DNA of 64,000 bases from Candidatus Bathyarchaeota archaeon (GCA_963697165.1 CAVOMX010000022.1:21485-85484), one strand, 5' to 3'; positions 31,157-42,055 are shown, numbered from the stretch's first letter. The notes: generated from the sequence alone by a model not told the origin. Numbers and translations are program-made.

Positions 31157-31455
31157 TAGACGTCAACAAAGCAATAACTACAACCGCGAAAACCGGAAAA
31201 ATCCAGATTGGAGCAAGCAGCGCCCTAAAGAGCGCTAAAGCTAAGAAAGCTAAGCTGATTTTGCTTGCTTCAAATTGTCCTCAGAATATCCGAGAAGATA
31301 TTGAGTATTACTGTAAGCTTTCCGAGGTTCCGGTGAGCATTTTTAAGGGCGATAGCTCCGATTTAGGAGCATTGTGCGGAAAACCATTCGAGATTTCGGC
31401 TCTGACCATAAGAGAACCTGGAGATTCAAATATTCTTAAAATTACGGAGGAATAG
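31153..31455 (+). CDS. rpl30e: 50S ribosomal protein L30e
   Basis: TGKIQIG, ASNCP, LGALCGKPF, GDSNIL; canonical position. Confidence 0.97.
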   Translation: MIDVNKAITTTAKTGKIQIGASSALKSAKAKKAKLILLASNCPQNIREDIEYYCKLSEVPVSIFKGDSSDLGALCGKPFEISALTIREPGDSNILKITEE

Positions 31456-31457
31456 GT

Positions 31458-31895
31458 ATGTCTACTGGAATAAAGTTGACAAGTGTAGAGATGCGTTACA
31501 TTGCCCTGTTTCAGAGCGTAACTGGTGCGACAGTGAAGGATTGTATCATTGACGATGAACTCAACAGAATAATTTTTGTTGTAAAAGAAGGCTCCATTGG
31601 GATGGCTATAGGCAAGAAAGGAAAAAACATTCATACCTTGGAGAATATGACCGGCAAAAAGCATGAAATAATTGAGCACTCCGAGAATCCTGCCCAGTTC
31701 ATCAAGAATGCGCTGAAGCCCGCCAAGGTGGATGAGGTGCGCATAACCGAGCGGATGGACGGGAAAACTATTGCAGTTATATCTGTTAATCCTAAAGACA
31801 AGGGTATTGCTATCGGCAAAAACGGTAGAAACGCTGAAAGAATCCGTTTTCTTGCAAAGCGGTACTTCCAGATACAGAACGTCAGCATAACTTAG
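31458..31895 (+). CDS. nusA: Archaeal NusA-like KH protein
   Basis: Two AIGKxG KH motifs; follows rpl30e. Confidence 0.96.
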   Translation: MSTGIKLTSVEMRYIALFQSVTGATVKDCIIDDELNRIIFVVKEGSIGMAIGKKGKNIHTLENMTGKKHEIIEHSENPAQFIKNALKPAKVDEVRITERMDGKTIAVISVNPKDKGIAIGKNGRNAERIRFLAKRYFQIQNVSIT

Positions 31896-32196
31896 AAGTT
31901 TTTGTTTAGCTAAACAGACTGTGTTTTGCCTTCATTATTTGTTGCTAGTACATAATAGGCTAGCAAAATGTTGAGTATGGATTTTGTTAACGCCAAAAAA
32001 CTTTCAATCATTAAATGAATATAAAAAAAGGGACTGCCCAAAAACAGCTAGGCCCAAGAATAATATTAGGAGACAAATCCAAACTAAAAACTAATATTTG
32101 TAGATAAAGGAGTTTGTTTTCTAATCATTTTTTTTAAAATTTTTTGGAGACTTTTTTGCACAAGGGTTTATTTTGTGCGCGCAAAAGTGGATGTGT

Positions 32197-33487
32197 CTAT
32201 TTCAAGTTGTTAAGTGTATTTATTGCTAAAGGGACAAGCATTTCTTCTTCATTTAGACCCCCATGCTGACCAACGGGGTTATACTTTATATCCTTAAAAT
32301 GCTCAAACCAGACTGTTTCGTTTCTATATGGCAAAATTAACAGATTTCCCGCTCTATCAACAAACTGGCTTCTTATCTCTCCTCGCCCAAATAAACCATA
32401 ATTTATTGCCTCTTTAGTTTCAACGACCTTCGCCTTGTCACCAATTTTTTCCAAAAGTAATTCACTCGTCTCTGTAAGCTTTTCTTCTTTAACATGAAGA
32501 AAAACGTCTCTTGCACTGCCAGTAGGCAAAATGCGTTTCCCTGCTTTGCCACTCTGCAGGTTTTCTAATATGTCAGGAAACCCGTTTAGATATGTTGTCT
32601 TTTGGGGAACTATAGTTACACCCCCATGATCTGCGGTAATTAAAACTAACGTTTCTTTTGCAGTTTTGGGGTCGATTTTTTCTAGTAACTCTTCATTTAA
32701 CAGATACGTGATGGCAGATAACTCTGCGCTGTATTCATAGCTTTTTGATCCGTATTCATGAGATATCGTGTCCAGATTGCTCATATGCACAAAGAAGTAG
32801 GCTGGCCCCTTTTCTTTTTCCAATTTTTTCTTTAACGTAACAATCAAATCTGACGACTTCAAAGACGGTATTAATGTACTATCTTTCAAAGAGTAGTTTT
32901 GAGTATTGGCTGTATGCGTATGAGGCGTAAATGTGCGTGAATGACTTGACACCTGCCTCTTTTAACGTATTTTGAATAGTGTTTCCATTAAACAAAATAT
33001 TTGGGTTGAACCCACTTTCTATAAGTTCATTGCGATGTTTAGATCCTAACGGCTCAAAACGTAAGGTGTTGACTATACTACCGACCTCTTTAAGGTAAAG
33101 ATAGTACTCAAAAAGCCCATGTTCCTGGGGAGTTAAACCCGTGTTTAAGGTTGTAAGTGCATTAGTTGTTTGTGAAGGAAATATGCTTGTTAGTGGGAAA
33201 ACCTCGCTTTTTTCAGCAAGCTTAGCCAAAAACTTATTATCTTTATGATAACTTAAAAATTGGTTATATCCAAAACCATCTAAAACAAAAAGCACAACTT
33301 TATTGACTTCATCGTTAATTCCATTGTCCACAATTGGAAGCTTTGATAGTTTATTGTTAACACCGAACAGGTCCAATATTGTTCCTGGAATATTTGAAAT
33401 GCAGTTCTCTTCGTAACATGGATAAAGAAAATCGCCATCATCATGCGCTCTAATTGAATCACTGAGCTCATGTATCATACAAATCAC
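32197..33487 (-). pseudogene. Alkaline phosphatase/nucleotide pyrophosphatase family protein, one frameshift (~32885)
   Basis: LDGFG, SIFPSQT, TG--P-EHG in 5' part; LD--SHEYG, TADHG, GQHGGL--EEM in 3' part; one extra A (TTTGAAAGATAG) joins the frames; may be a sequencing error. Confidence 0.85.
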
Positions 33488-33805
33488 TGAGGTTTGTGAA
33501 AAACTGAAGTGCGGATCGTACTATAAAATTCCTTCTCACAGTAACCCACTGTAGGTGTCTGTGTTATTTTCTTAATCAAACGACGAATAAACGAAAAAAT
33601 AGACAACTCTAACTCCGATTCCCAAAAAATTTCAAACAATCATATAATAACAGTTGATTGTTGAAAACAGGCTTTTTCAAGGATGAAAAAAAGCTGTTGC
33701 AACACCTCTAAATTTATGAAAAACGTGCTCTTTAATTACGAACATAAAAGTGCTATTTAATTTTTAGTTGAGTTAACAGCCTTTTTTACTGTAACCCGCT
33801 GCAGC

Positions 33806-36235
33806 CTATTTCTTCTTTCTTGCCATCATCTTATCCAGTGTGGGTCGCAGTTTCTCGTTTTCTGCTTTGATCTTCTCTGGTCCCAGCGCTTCCAGCTGCT
33901 CAGTCATCTCCTTCATGATAGCCGCAAACTTTACTCCTTCTGCAGCTGAAACATATTCTACCCTGAAGCGTTCTTTGCTGAGCCCAAGCTTCTCAAAAAT
34001 CTTTGTTAAGGCATCCATTCTGTGCCTTCATCTTGTAGTTGCCTGAAATGTAGTGGCAGTCATACGGTAGGTGACATGCGCCAACCATCACCATTCCTGC
34101 GCCCTGCCTGAACGCTTCTAGCACAAAATCCTTGTCCACCCTGCCCGAGCACATCACACGTATAGCCCTCATGGTGGGCGGATACTCGAAGCGGCTTGTT
34201 CCAGCAAGATCAGCGCCCGCGTAGCTGCACCAGTTACAGAGGAAACCCAGTATCTTGCCCTCAGGGTTATCCTCCAGAGCAGCCTTGATTTGAGCCTGAA
34301 TTTGGTCGTCAGTGAAGTGCATCTGAGTTATCGCATCAGACGGGCACTCGGCAACACAGGTTCCGCAACCATGACACATGGCAGCTGTAACAGTCGCAGC
34401 CTGTCCTTCAACAGCCTTTATTGCGCCATACGGACACTTTGATAACACATATTCCACATTTTGCTGTCACGTTCTTGCATTTGCTTGGGTCAACTATCGG
34501 CTATGATCGGCTCTATCTTCCATGTGGGCTGAGAAAGAACTGTGGCAGCTCGTGCAGCGGCTCCGCTTCCCTGAGACACACTGTAGGGGATATCTTTTGG
34601 TCCTTGGCATGCTCCAGCCAAAAAGATGCCGTCAACAGAAGTGTCCAAAGGCTTCAGTTTCGGGTGGCTCTCCATAAAGAAGCCATCGCCGCCCCTTGTT
34701 ATGCTCAAGATTCTGGAAACCTCGTCTGATCCACTTGCTTGGAATCGCTGCTGTGCTCAAAACCACAAGCTCCGACTCCACCTCTATAGGCTCTCCGAGC
34801 GCCATGTCCTCTGCGCGGATCAGCAGATTCTTGGTTTCGGCAACTTCGGCGATTTGGGAGACTCGTCCCCTGATGAAGTTTACTCCCAACTCGCGGGCTC
34901 TTCGGTAGAATTCCTCGTAGCCCTTGAAGTTGGTGCGCATGTCAATGTAGAATATGTAAACCTCAACATCATCGTGGTAATTCTCTTTAAGCAAAATAGC
35001 ATTCTTCAACGCATACATGCAGCAGAAGCCTGAACAGTACTCGTGCTTGTTCACGTCCCTTGAGCCAACACACTGAATAAACGAAACCGAATGAGGCTTC
35101 TTTCCATCAGAGGCACGTATAACATTGCCTCCGGTTGGTCCCGCAGCCAAAATAAGTCTCTCAAATTCCATGGCAGTGATAACGTTGTCGAATCTGCTGT
35201 AGCCATACTGGCTCTCCTCGTAGGGCTTGTAAACGTCAAAGCCTGTCGAAACAGTGATTGTTCCAACCTCAAGCTCAATCTCTTCGGGCTGCTGATCAAA
35301 ATTGATTGCCTGCCGTGCACCACAAGCGTCAACGCACTTGTAGCATTCGATGCAGTAGTCCCTGTTGATTGTGTAAACTAGTGGAACAGCCTGATCGAAG
35401 GGAACCGAAATCGCCTTCCTGACGCCCATGTTCTCGTCCCACTCGTTAGGATACTCTATGGGACAGGCGTCCCTGCATTCGCCGCAGCCTGTACAGCTCT
35501 CAGCGTTAACGTATCTGGGGTTCTTTCGTGATCTTCACCTTGAAGTTTCCCACGAAACCTTCGACGCTGACAAGGTCGGCGTACGATATTATTTCAATAT
35601 TAGGGTGGCGGGAAACATCCACCATTTTTGGTCCTTCAATACATATGGAGCAGTCCAATGTTGGGAAGGTCTTGTCCAGCGCAGCCATGTGACCGCCTAT
35701 GCTCTCGCCCTTCTCAAGAAGGTAAACTTTGAAGCCCATACCCGCCAAGTCTAACGCAGAGCTTATTCCAGCGATTCCCCCGCCGATTACAAGCGCCTTG
35801 TTTGTGACAGGAACCTCCATCGTCTCAAGACTCTGAAGAAGCCTCGCCTTTGCAACAGCCATCTTCACGATCTCTTTAGCTTTCTCGGTTGCCTCCTTGG
35901 GCGTGCTTTGATGGCACCAAGAAGCAAACTCTCGGATGTTCGCCATCTCAAAAAGATACGGATTCAAGCCAGCATCGGCTACGGTTCTTCGGAAGGTTGG
36001 CTCATGCATTCTGGGCGAACACGCAGCAACAACAACCCTGTTGAGGTTGTGCTCTTTGATGGCTTTCCTGATTTCCTCCTGTCCCGGGGTCAGCGCAGGT
36101 GTAGCGGTTGTCCATGGCTATCACCACATTGGGCAGTGTCCGGGCGTAATCTGTTACTTCTTTGACGTCAACTGTGCCTGCGATGTTAAGTCCGCAGTGG
36201 CAAACGAATACTCCTACTCGTGGTTCCTCAGACAT
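33806..36235 (-). pseudogene. hdrA: Heterodisulfide reductase HdrA fused to C-terminal MvhD, broken by six +1 indels
   Basis: [47 protein letters not shown], then Mvh[29 protein letters not shown] across successive frames; no in-frame stops after correction. Confidence 0.92.
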
Positions 36236-37159
36236 TGTTCTCCAGCTCCTCTGGGGGCAATCTTTTCATGATGACTTTCTTGAGCTTCTCTGCGTTCTTG
36301 TTTTGCATCTCCTTTATCACAGCGTTGGTGGAAGCAAGTTTTTCGAGAGCTTTGTTCCATGCTCCAGAACGAACCTCAGTGTGACGTATGCGCGTCCTGT
36401 TAAGCTCTAGGGCTCCTTCCTCTGGACAGGCAATCTTGCAGGCGCCACAGTAGACGCAATGGGAATCGTTAACCTGCACTTTTCCGTCAGAGAGATACAG
36501 GACACCTGGAATCGGACAGACATCAACGCAGTCGTGGCAGCCTTCAGGACATTTTTCGCTGTTAACTCTGAGGCTTCCATAGAACATTTTTTCCACATGA
36601 ATTGCGCCGTCTGGAAACTTTGTTTCACATAGACGACAGCACGGACACGATTCCTTGTCTATCTCAACTTTGACCTTGAGATTTTCTTCTTTGATTTGGA
36701 GGTTATATCTGCAACTTCTTTTCCATCTGGAGTGCAAACGCTTACCTTAATGTGGTCTAAGGGGCAGGCTTCCTCAATTTCTAGACATTCCAAACCGCAT
36801 TTGGTTTCGTCAACCTTAATCTCCCGTATGAGCTGGGGAAAACTTTCGGTTTCAACTACCGGAATAACATGTTCTCCGTTAACTTTCATGTTCAAGGCTC
36901 CGAAGGGGCAAATTGCTTCGCACATTCCACAGTAGTGACATTTTTCTTCGCTGATGGTTACTGTGGGAGGCTTCGCTTTTTCTCCCTCTGCCTTTAGGGT
37001 TCTTGTAACTTGTATGGCTTCTCGAGGGCAGATTTCCATGCAGACCCCGCAGCCCATACACTTGTTCTTGTCTAAAGTAAGCGAATAGTGTCTGGCGTGC
37101 ATCACCATCTCTATGACAAGTTCGTTTTCGTTTTCGGTTTTGAGCAGTTTTATGGGCGT
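36228..37159 (-). pseudogene. Polyferredoxin (FwdF/MvhB-like), frameshift ~36690, apparent ACG start
   Basis: Multiple CxxCxxCxxxCP motifs in two overlapping ORFs; frame extends upstream to ACG-CCC-ATA at 37159 behind GGGGGT. Confidence 0.8.
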
Positions 37160-37233
37160 TTTTCTACCCCCAGACGTTTTTTATCCAAGTTCTAAAAGGG
37201 ATTTTATCCTTTTGGTTGTGAATTAGGTTTCAT

Positions 37234-37245
37234 AAGCGGTTATAA
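37234..37245 (-). promoter_or_regulatory. 12-bp motif TTATAACCGCTT (copy 1)
   Basis: Identical copy at 45235-45246; both ~75-85 nt upstream of, and oriented toward, Fe-S redox operons. Confidence 0.5.
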
Positions 37246-37381
37246 ATCTTATTGATTGATTATCATGAGACTCCAAGAAACAAACATGACCAAGCTAGAA
37301 TTGTGCGAAAACCAAACTCTATGACTTTTTGGTAGTGTTTAAAAATGTCGATTCTCAACATCTCTCTTGAGGAGATCTTCG

Positions 37382-38428
37382 ATGGAGCGTATAACTATGG
37401 CTCATGGAGCCGGCGGAACCGTTATGGGCGATCTTATAAAAAACCATGTTTTGAAGCATCTTGGCGGAAGCAGCGCTGAGGTTCCGCTGGAAGCACTAGA
37501 TGATTCTGCGGTGGTAGATAACATAGTTTTGAAGTCGGATTCTCATGCTGTAAAGCCCCTCTTCTTTCCGGGCGGGGACATTGGACGGTTGGCTGTCGCG
37601 GGCACAGTTAACGATATTGCGATGATCGGCGCTGAGCCGTTGGCTCTTACCTGTGGTATGGTGCTGGAGGAAGGGCTTCTAATAGCAGATTTGGATCGTA
37701 TCTTGGAGAGCATGGAGCAAGCATGCAAAGAGGCTGGCGTGTATGTTGTTACTGGGGATACTAAGGTTATTGAGAAGAGCGGTTTTGGAGGCTGCATCAT
37801 CAATACTTCGGGAATAGGGAAACGGGGTGAGGCGCTGGAAACTAACATCCGTGAGGTTAGGAAGCACCGTCGATTCGATTCGCGTTGGGTCCTAGACTCT
37901 AACCTGCGAGAGGGCGACAAGCTGATAGTTTCAGGCACAGTTGGAGACCACGGAATAACCATTTTGTCGGCTCAGGAGGGCTACAATTTTGGAAGCAACA
38001 TCAAATCTGATGTGGCGCCCCTGAACAAAGTAGTCAAGAAGTTGCTTTTGGTTGGCGGAATCGTTGCCATGAAGGATCCGACTCGGGGTGGCTTGTCTAA
38101 CTCGTTGAATGAGTGGAGTACAAAGTCGAATGTTGGTTTGATGGTGCAGGAGTCGAAAGTGCCTGTGAGGGGTGACGTGAGGGCTGCCTGTGAAATGCTT
38201 GGTTTAGACCCCATGGAGATTGGAAACGAGGGCAAAGTGCTCATTGGCGTTGTGGCGCAGAAGGCTGAAGAAGTTTTGGCGGCACTAAAAGCGACTAAAG
38301 AAGGCAAGGATGCCCAGATAATCGGAGAAGCAACAGGCGACTTCAGCGAGGTTGTTATTGAAACTGTTGTGGGCGGAAAACGAATCATGTCTCCTCCAAT
38401 CGGAGACCCAATCCCAAGAATCTGCTAA
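37382..38428 (+). CDS. hypE: Hydrogenase maturation protein HypE
   Basis: HGAGG, DSHAVKPLFFPGGDIG, GTVND, DPTRGG, C-terminal PRIC. Confidence 0.97.
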   Translation: MERITMAHGAGGTVMGDLIKNHVLKHLGGSSAEVPLEALDDSAVVDNIVLKSDSHAVKPLFFPGGDIGRLAVAGTVNDIAMIGAEPLALTCGMVLEEGLLIADLDRILESMEQACKEAGVYVVTGDTKVIEKSGFGGCIINTSGIGKRGEALETNIREVRKHRRFDSRWVLDSNLREGDKLIVSGTVGDHGITILSAQEGYNFGSNIKSDVAPLNKVVKKLLLVGGIVAMKDPTRGGLSNSLNEWSTKSNVGLMVQESKVPVRGDVRAACEMLGLDPMEIGNEGKVLIGVVAQKAEEVLAALKATKEGKDAQIIGEATGDFSEVVIETVVGGKRIMSPPIGDPIPRIC

Positions 38429-38527
38429 CCGACATCATCTGATGGCGGCTAAGATTTGGTTCAAATCCACAAATGATTTCTTGTTTGTTTTCTTTCGGTT
38501 TTTATACAAGTTTACCTTCAATGGGTC

Positions 38528-38716
38528 ATGGATGTGACATTCAAGATGGCCGGTGAATTTGAGATGCGGATTGGATTACTAAATTTTGATGGTGACACGG
38601 CAGCTAAGATTATGCAGTTGATTACCGAAGCAGGTAAACAGTTTCCTTGTTTAAAATGTCCTTCGAAGAGTGAATGTGAAAACTTTAAGTGGTTTCTGAA
38701 TTGGTTTGGGAAATAA
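38528..38716 (+). CDS. Small hypothetical protein with CxxC-x5-C motif
   Basis: FPCLKCPSKSECENFKWF; start may be ATG at 38546. Confidence 0.6.
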   Translation: MDVTFKMAGEFEMRIGLLNFDGDTAAKIMQLITEAGKQFPCLKCPSKSECENFKWFLNWFGK

Positions 38717-38907
38717 ACTCATCCCATCCATCACTTGCATCGTTATTATAAACACCTTACTTTGTGTTTCATGTGCCCTGTTGTCTGCTGAGTCATGGAA
38801 AAGCCCCAGTTTTTAGACAAAAATATGTCAAAAAAGTTGGTCTCATCTCAGTTACATGATGTTCATGCTTTCGACAAACTATATCTTCCACTGTATCTAA
38901 ATGATAT

Positions 38908-39147
38908 ATTCCCCGAGTTGGGGAGCACGCTCGGGTATTGCATCGAAGCAATTGAGCATACGGGTCAAAACGGCTGAAGGCTGGTATGCGCCAAAGACTC
39001 TGCTTCGAAGGGCTGGTCAATACCTAAAGTGCAATGCGTATAGGCATCGAGTGCGCCAACCAAAAAGGCTGAACGAGACGCGCACGACAAAAACGATGTC
39101 TAACCGGGCCTAACATGCACCAAGGGCTTAGACTCAACTCGGGGAAT
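38908..39147 (+). ncRNA. Candidate structured ncRNA of unknown family (~240 nt, closing stem plus two long arms)
   Basis: 13-bp terminal pairing ATTCCCCGAGTTG/CAACTCGGGGAAT and several nested internal helices; G-U pairs and A-rich loops favour the + strand. Confidence 0.65.
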
Positions 39148-39219
39148 TCTATTTTCTGCAAATTTTTGGTTAACTTTGTTTGGCTGAAGATGTTTTTTCT
39201 TAACTCGTAATATGCTGTT

Positions 39220-39800
39220 TTATATTATGAAATTCCAGCCTGAGTTGTGGCCGTGCCAGAAGAATTCGTGGAGTTCTCCGAGGCTTCTGAAGCCAAAATT
39301 GTTTTTGATCGATTTGCATAGCTCATTAAAGTCGACGTAGTGGTCGGCTGTCTTCACGTTCAGTTCGACAATTTGCCAGTCAACTACATGCGTCAGAAAG
39401 TCTTCTATTCCCTTCACAACATTCTCATGATAGATGGTGTACTCGTCATTGTTTACTGCAGCAAGCAGCTGGGAGGCAATACAGGGATCAAAACCCTCAA
39501 TGTCAAGCACATTCTGTAATCTTTCTTTGAAAGGCCGCACTCCAAGGAACAGGTCAAAAAGCTTCAGTTTTACTTCGTTAAAGTCGTTTCCTGTTACTAT
39601 CCTGTCAGCGGTTTGTTTGGAAACGCTTTTTGGCAGAAACAAGTTACTTAATAGCAATGCTTTGAATTCATCAGCGGTTATGTTCGTCAACTCCACGGTT
39701 AATTTTGGTTTCAGTTTTGCGGATCGGATATCATGCCAGATAACGTCGGGGTAATGGTATCCGCCATTCTGAACCGTTCAAGAACCTCATTAACATTCAT
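39220..39800 (-). CDS. Hypothetical protein, probable frameshift near 5' end (~39777)
   Basis: 158-aa ORF whose frame extends upstream (VQNGGYHYPDVIWHDIRS...) to within a few nt of MNVNEVLE at 39800, which follows GAGGA. Confidence 0.6.
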
Positions 39801-39869
39801 GGTATTTCCTCTTCAAGAACAGTCAACAAACAATAATTAACTGTTCTTCCAGCAGATATAAGCCTTAGT

Positions 39870-40964
39870 TTACCGTAGCTTAGTTACTTTATGTTTTGCC
39901 CAGATTCTACATGTGCCCTCATTCGAAACCATACACGCGCCTTTCGGAGCCTCTGGAACACAACTTGTCAAGTAGCTGGGGCACTCAGGCGGCTTAATCT
40001 TCCCAATCATAACCAGATGGCATAGACAGCCCTTCAAAATGTCTCTAGAATCTTCTATATGCAGATCATACTTTTTGCGTGCATCATACGCAACAAACTC
40101 CTTCTTTAGTACCAACGCCGACTTTGGAAGCTTTCCAAGTCCCCGCCACCTGCCATCCGCAACATCAAACACCTGCTCCACCAACTGTTGAGCCTTAACG
40201 TTGCCTTCCCACGTAACAACACGTTTATACTCATTCTCAAGCCTCGCCACGCCCTCCTTCACCTGCTGCAGTAGCATGTCGATGGCAAAAAGAACATCCA
40301 AAGGCTCAAAACCCGCAACCACCGTTGGCATCCCATACGCTTTCGGAAACACCTCATAGGGCTTCATTCCAGTAATCGTCGAAACATGACCCGCCGCAAT
40401 AAAGCCGTCAATATGCAAATCTCCAATACCCAAAAGCAGCTCCATCGCAGGAGGAATCAGCCTATGAGAAACAAGAAAACTAAAATTTTCTGGAGGCTTA
40501 CCTAAAACTTCGATGGCAGTTGTCGGAGACGTAGTTTCAAACCCAACAGCAAAAAACACAAACTCTTTGTCAGGATTCTTTTGTGCTATCTGAATGGCGT
40601 CTCGTAAACTGTAAACTATTCGCACATCTCCCCCCGACGCTTTAGTTTCTTGAAGAGACGTTTCTGAACCCGGAACACGAATAAGGTCGCCGAAAGTGGT
40701 GACGGTTACACCCTTTTTTGCTAGGGCTATTGCTTCGTCAATGTCTGATGCTGGAAGAATACAAACTGGGCATCCTGGACCAGCAATAACATCCACGTTG
40801 TATGGAAGAATAGAACGAAGCCCAAAATGGGTTATAGTCCACTCGTGGGTTCCACAGACGTGACAAAACTTTGTTGTGTAGTCAGGAGCAATTTTTTTTA
40901 TGTGCTCTGCAACCTTTTTTGCCAAAACGGGGTCTCTGAAGTTGTCCGTGTTTGCTGTTTTCAC
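39870..40964 (-). CDS. hypD: Hydrogenase maturation protein HypD
   Basis: CGTHE, GPGCPVC, GFETT, GHVS, GFEP, GACMVSNEGTC; GTG start overlaps hypA stop. Confidence 0.97.
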   Translation of the reverse strand: MKTANTDNFRDPVLAKKVAEHIKKIAPDYTTKFCHVCGTHEWTITHFGLRSILPYNVDVIAGPGCPVCILPASDIDEAIALAKKGVTVTTFGDLIRVPGSETSLQETKASGGDVRIVYSLRDAIQIAQKNPDKEFVFFAVGFETTSPTTAIEVLGKPPENFSFLVSHRLIPPAMELLLGIGDLHIDGFIAAGHVSTITGMKPYEVFPKAYGMPTVVAGFEPLDVLFAIDMLLQQVKEGVARLENEYKRVVTWEGNVKAQQLVEQVFDVADGRWRGLGKLPKSALVLKKEFVAYDARKKYDLHIEDSRDILKGCLCHLVMIGKIKPPECPSYLTSCVPEAPKGACMVSNEGTCRIWAKHKVTKLR

Positions 40965-41344
40965 TTCTCTTTCCCTTTGACCATTTTTATGCTCTTTATT
41001 GTGCATTCTTTGCCTTCAACAATTTTTGCTGTTTTTTTGCATTTGGGGCATTGAAGGGTTGGAATTGGTACATGATACGCTGGGTCATCTTCGAATGGTA
41101 TTGCTCCTCTGTAGCCGCAGCTGCCACATTCTATGACGCCGTCTTTTTCTTCGATGAAAAGCTTTGAGCCTTTCATGATTGTGTCCTCCGCCAATATTTT
41201 GTATGCGAAACGAACCTGATCGACACCCAGATACGTCATTTTGCCTATAACAACATAAACTTCCGTGACCTTTTTTGCGTCATGCCTTTTTGCTTCTTCT
41301 AAAACGTTTTCGATGATTTGTGTGGTCATGGAAAGCTCATGCAC
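40961..41344 (-). CDS. hypA: Nickel metallochaperone HypA
   Basis: MHE N-terminus, two CxxC. Confidence 0.96.
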   Translation of the reverse strand: MHELSMTTQIIENVLEEAKRHDAKKVTEVYVVIGKMTYLGVDQVRFAYKILAEDTIMKGSKLFIEEKDGVIECGSCGYRGAIPFEDDPAYHVPIPTLQCPKCKKTAKIVEGKECTIKSIKMVKGKEK

Positions 41345-41364
41345 TTTGTAGACATGCTCCCAAG

Positions 41365-42054
41365 TTATAGTTCTAATGCTTTAATCAATTCGTCAACGCC
41401 TTCCCCGCTTAAGGCGTTAGTAACTGCAACCTTCACGTCAGGTTTTATCTCTTTAACCTGTGTTTCTAGCTGTTTGGTGTCTATCTTCATTATTTGGGCT
41501 AGGTCCTTCTTGTTTATTACCATCACGTCAGCATTCATGAAAGTGAATGGATGCTTTACAATCATGTATGGTCCCTCCGTGACGCTGACAACAACAACCC
41601 GTTTGTCTGTGCCCAACGGAAACTCGGCGGGACAGATTAGGTTCCCAACATTTTCGATAATCAACAAATCAAGGTCTTTTAGGCTGATTCTTTCCACAGC
41701 CCTTGCAACAACATTCGCGTCCAAGTGGCATTCTCGTCCCGTGTTGATTGTTAGAACCTGAACTCCGTGGCGTCCAATGCGTTCGGCGTCTATTGTTGTG
41801 GTTAGGTCGCCCTTGAAGACTGCGATTCTATATTTCTGTTTTAGTTTTTGGACAAGTTTTTCGATTAGGCTGGTTTTTCCTGCGCCTATAGAGCCCATGA
41901 TGTCAATGGCTTTTACATGGTGTTTTCGTAGAAGTTCCATGTTTTTTTGGGCAAGCTGCTTGTTGACTTCCAGAATGTTCATTCCAGGCTCTATCTCAAG
42001 GGTTACTTCTTCGCCTTTTATTACGTCCTTGGTGTTCGTCAAAGCATTTTGCAC
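41365..42054 (-). CDS. hypB: Nickel incorporation GTPase HypB
   Basis: GAGKTS, ECHLDA, ENVGNLICP, NKKDL. Confidence 0.96.
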   Translation of the reverse strand: MQNALTNTKDVIKGEEVTLEIEPGMNILEVNKQLAQKNMELLRKHHVKAIDIMGSIGAGKTSLIEKLVQKLKQKYRIAVFKGDLTTTIDAERIGRHGVQVLTINTGRECHLDANVVARAVERISLKDLDLLIIENVGNLICPAEFPLGTDKRVVVVSVTEGPYMIVKHPFTFMNADVMVINKKDLAQIMKIDTKQLETQVKEIKPDVKVAVTNALSGEGVDELIKALEL

Positions 42055-42055
42055 C

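Noticed and set aside
33806..36235. Programmed ribosomal frameshifting in hdrA
   Set aside because: Six shifts with no shared slippery motif or stimulatory structure; error or decay is more parsimonious
38795..39113. ORFs 38795-38977, 38793-39020 and 38901-39113
   Set aside because: No motifs, overlapping one another, and better explained by the base-paired element
38908..39147. Assigning the structured RNA as RNase P, SRP, twister, pistol, hammerhead or c-di-AMP riboswitch
   Set aside because: Only fragmentary matches (GGGCTTA, GCTGAA, CTGAACGA); the conserved cores and helix order do not fit
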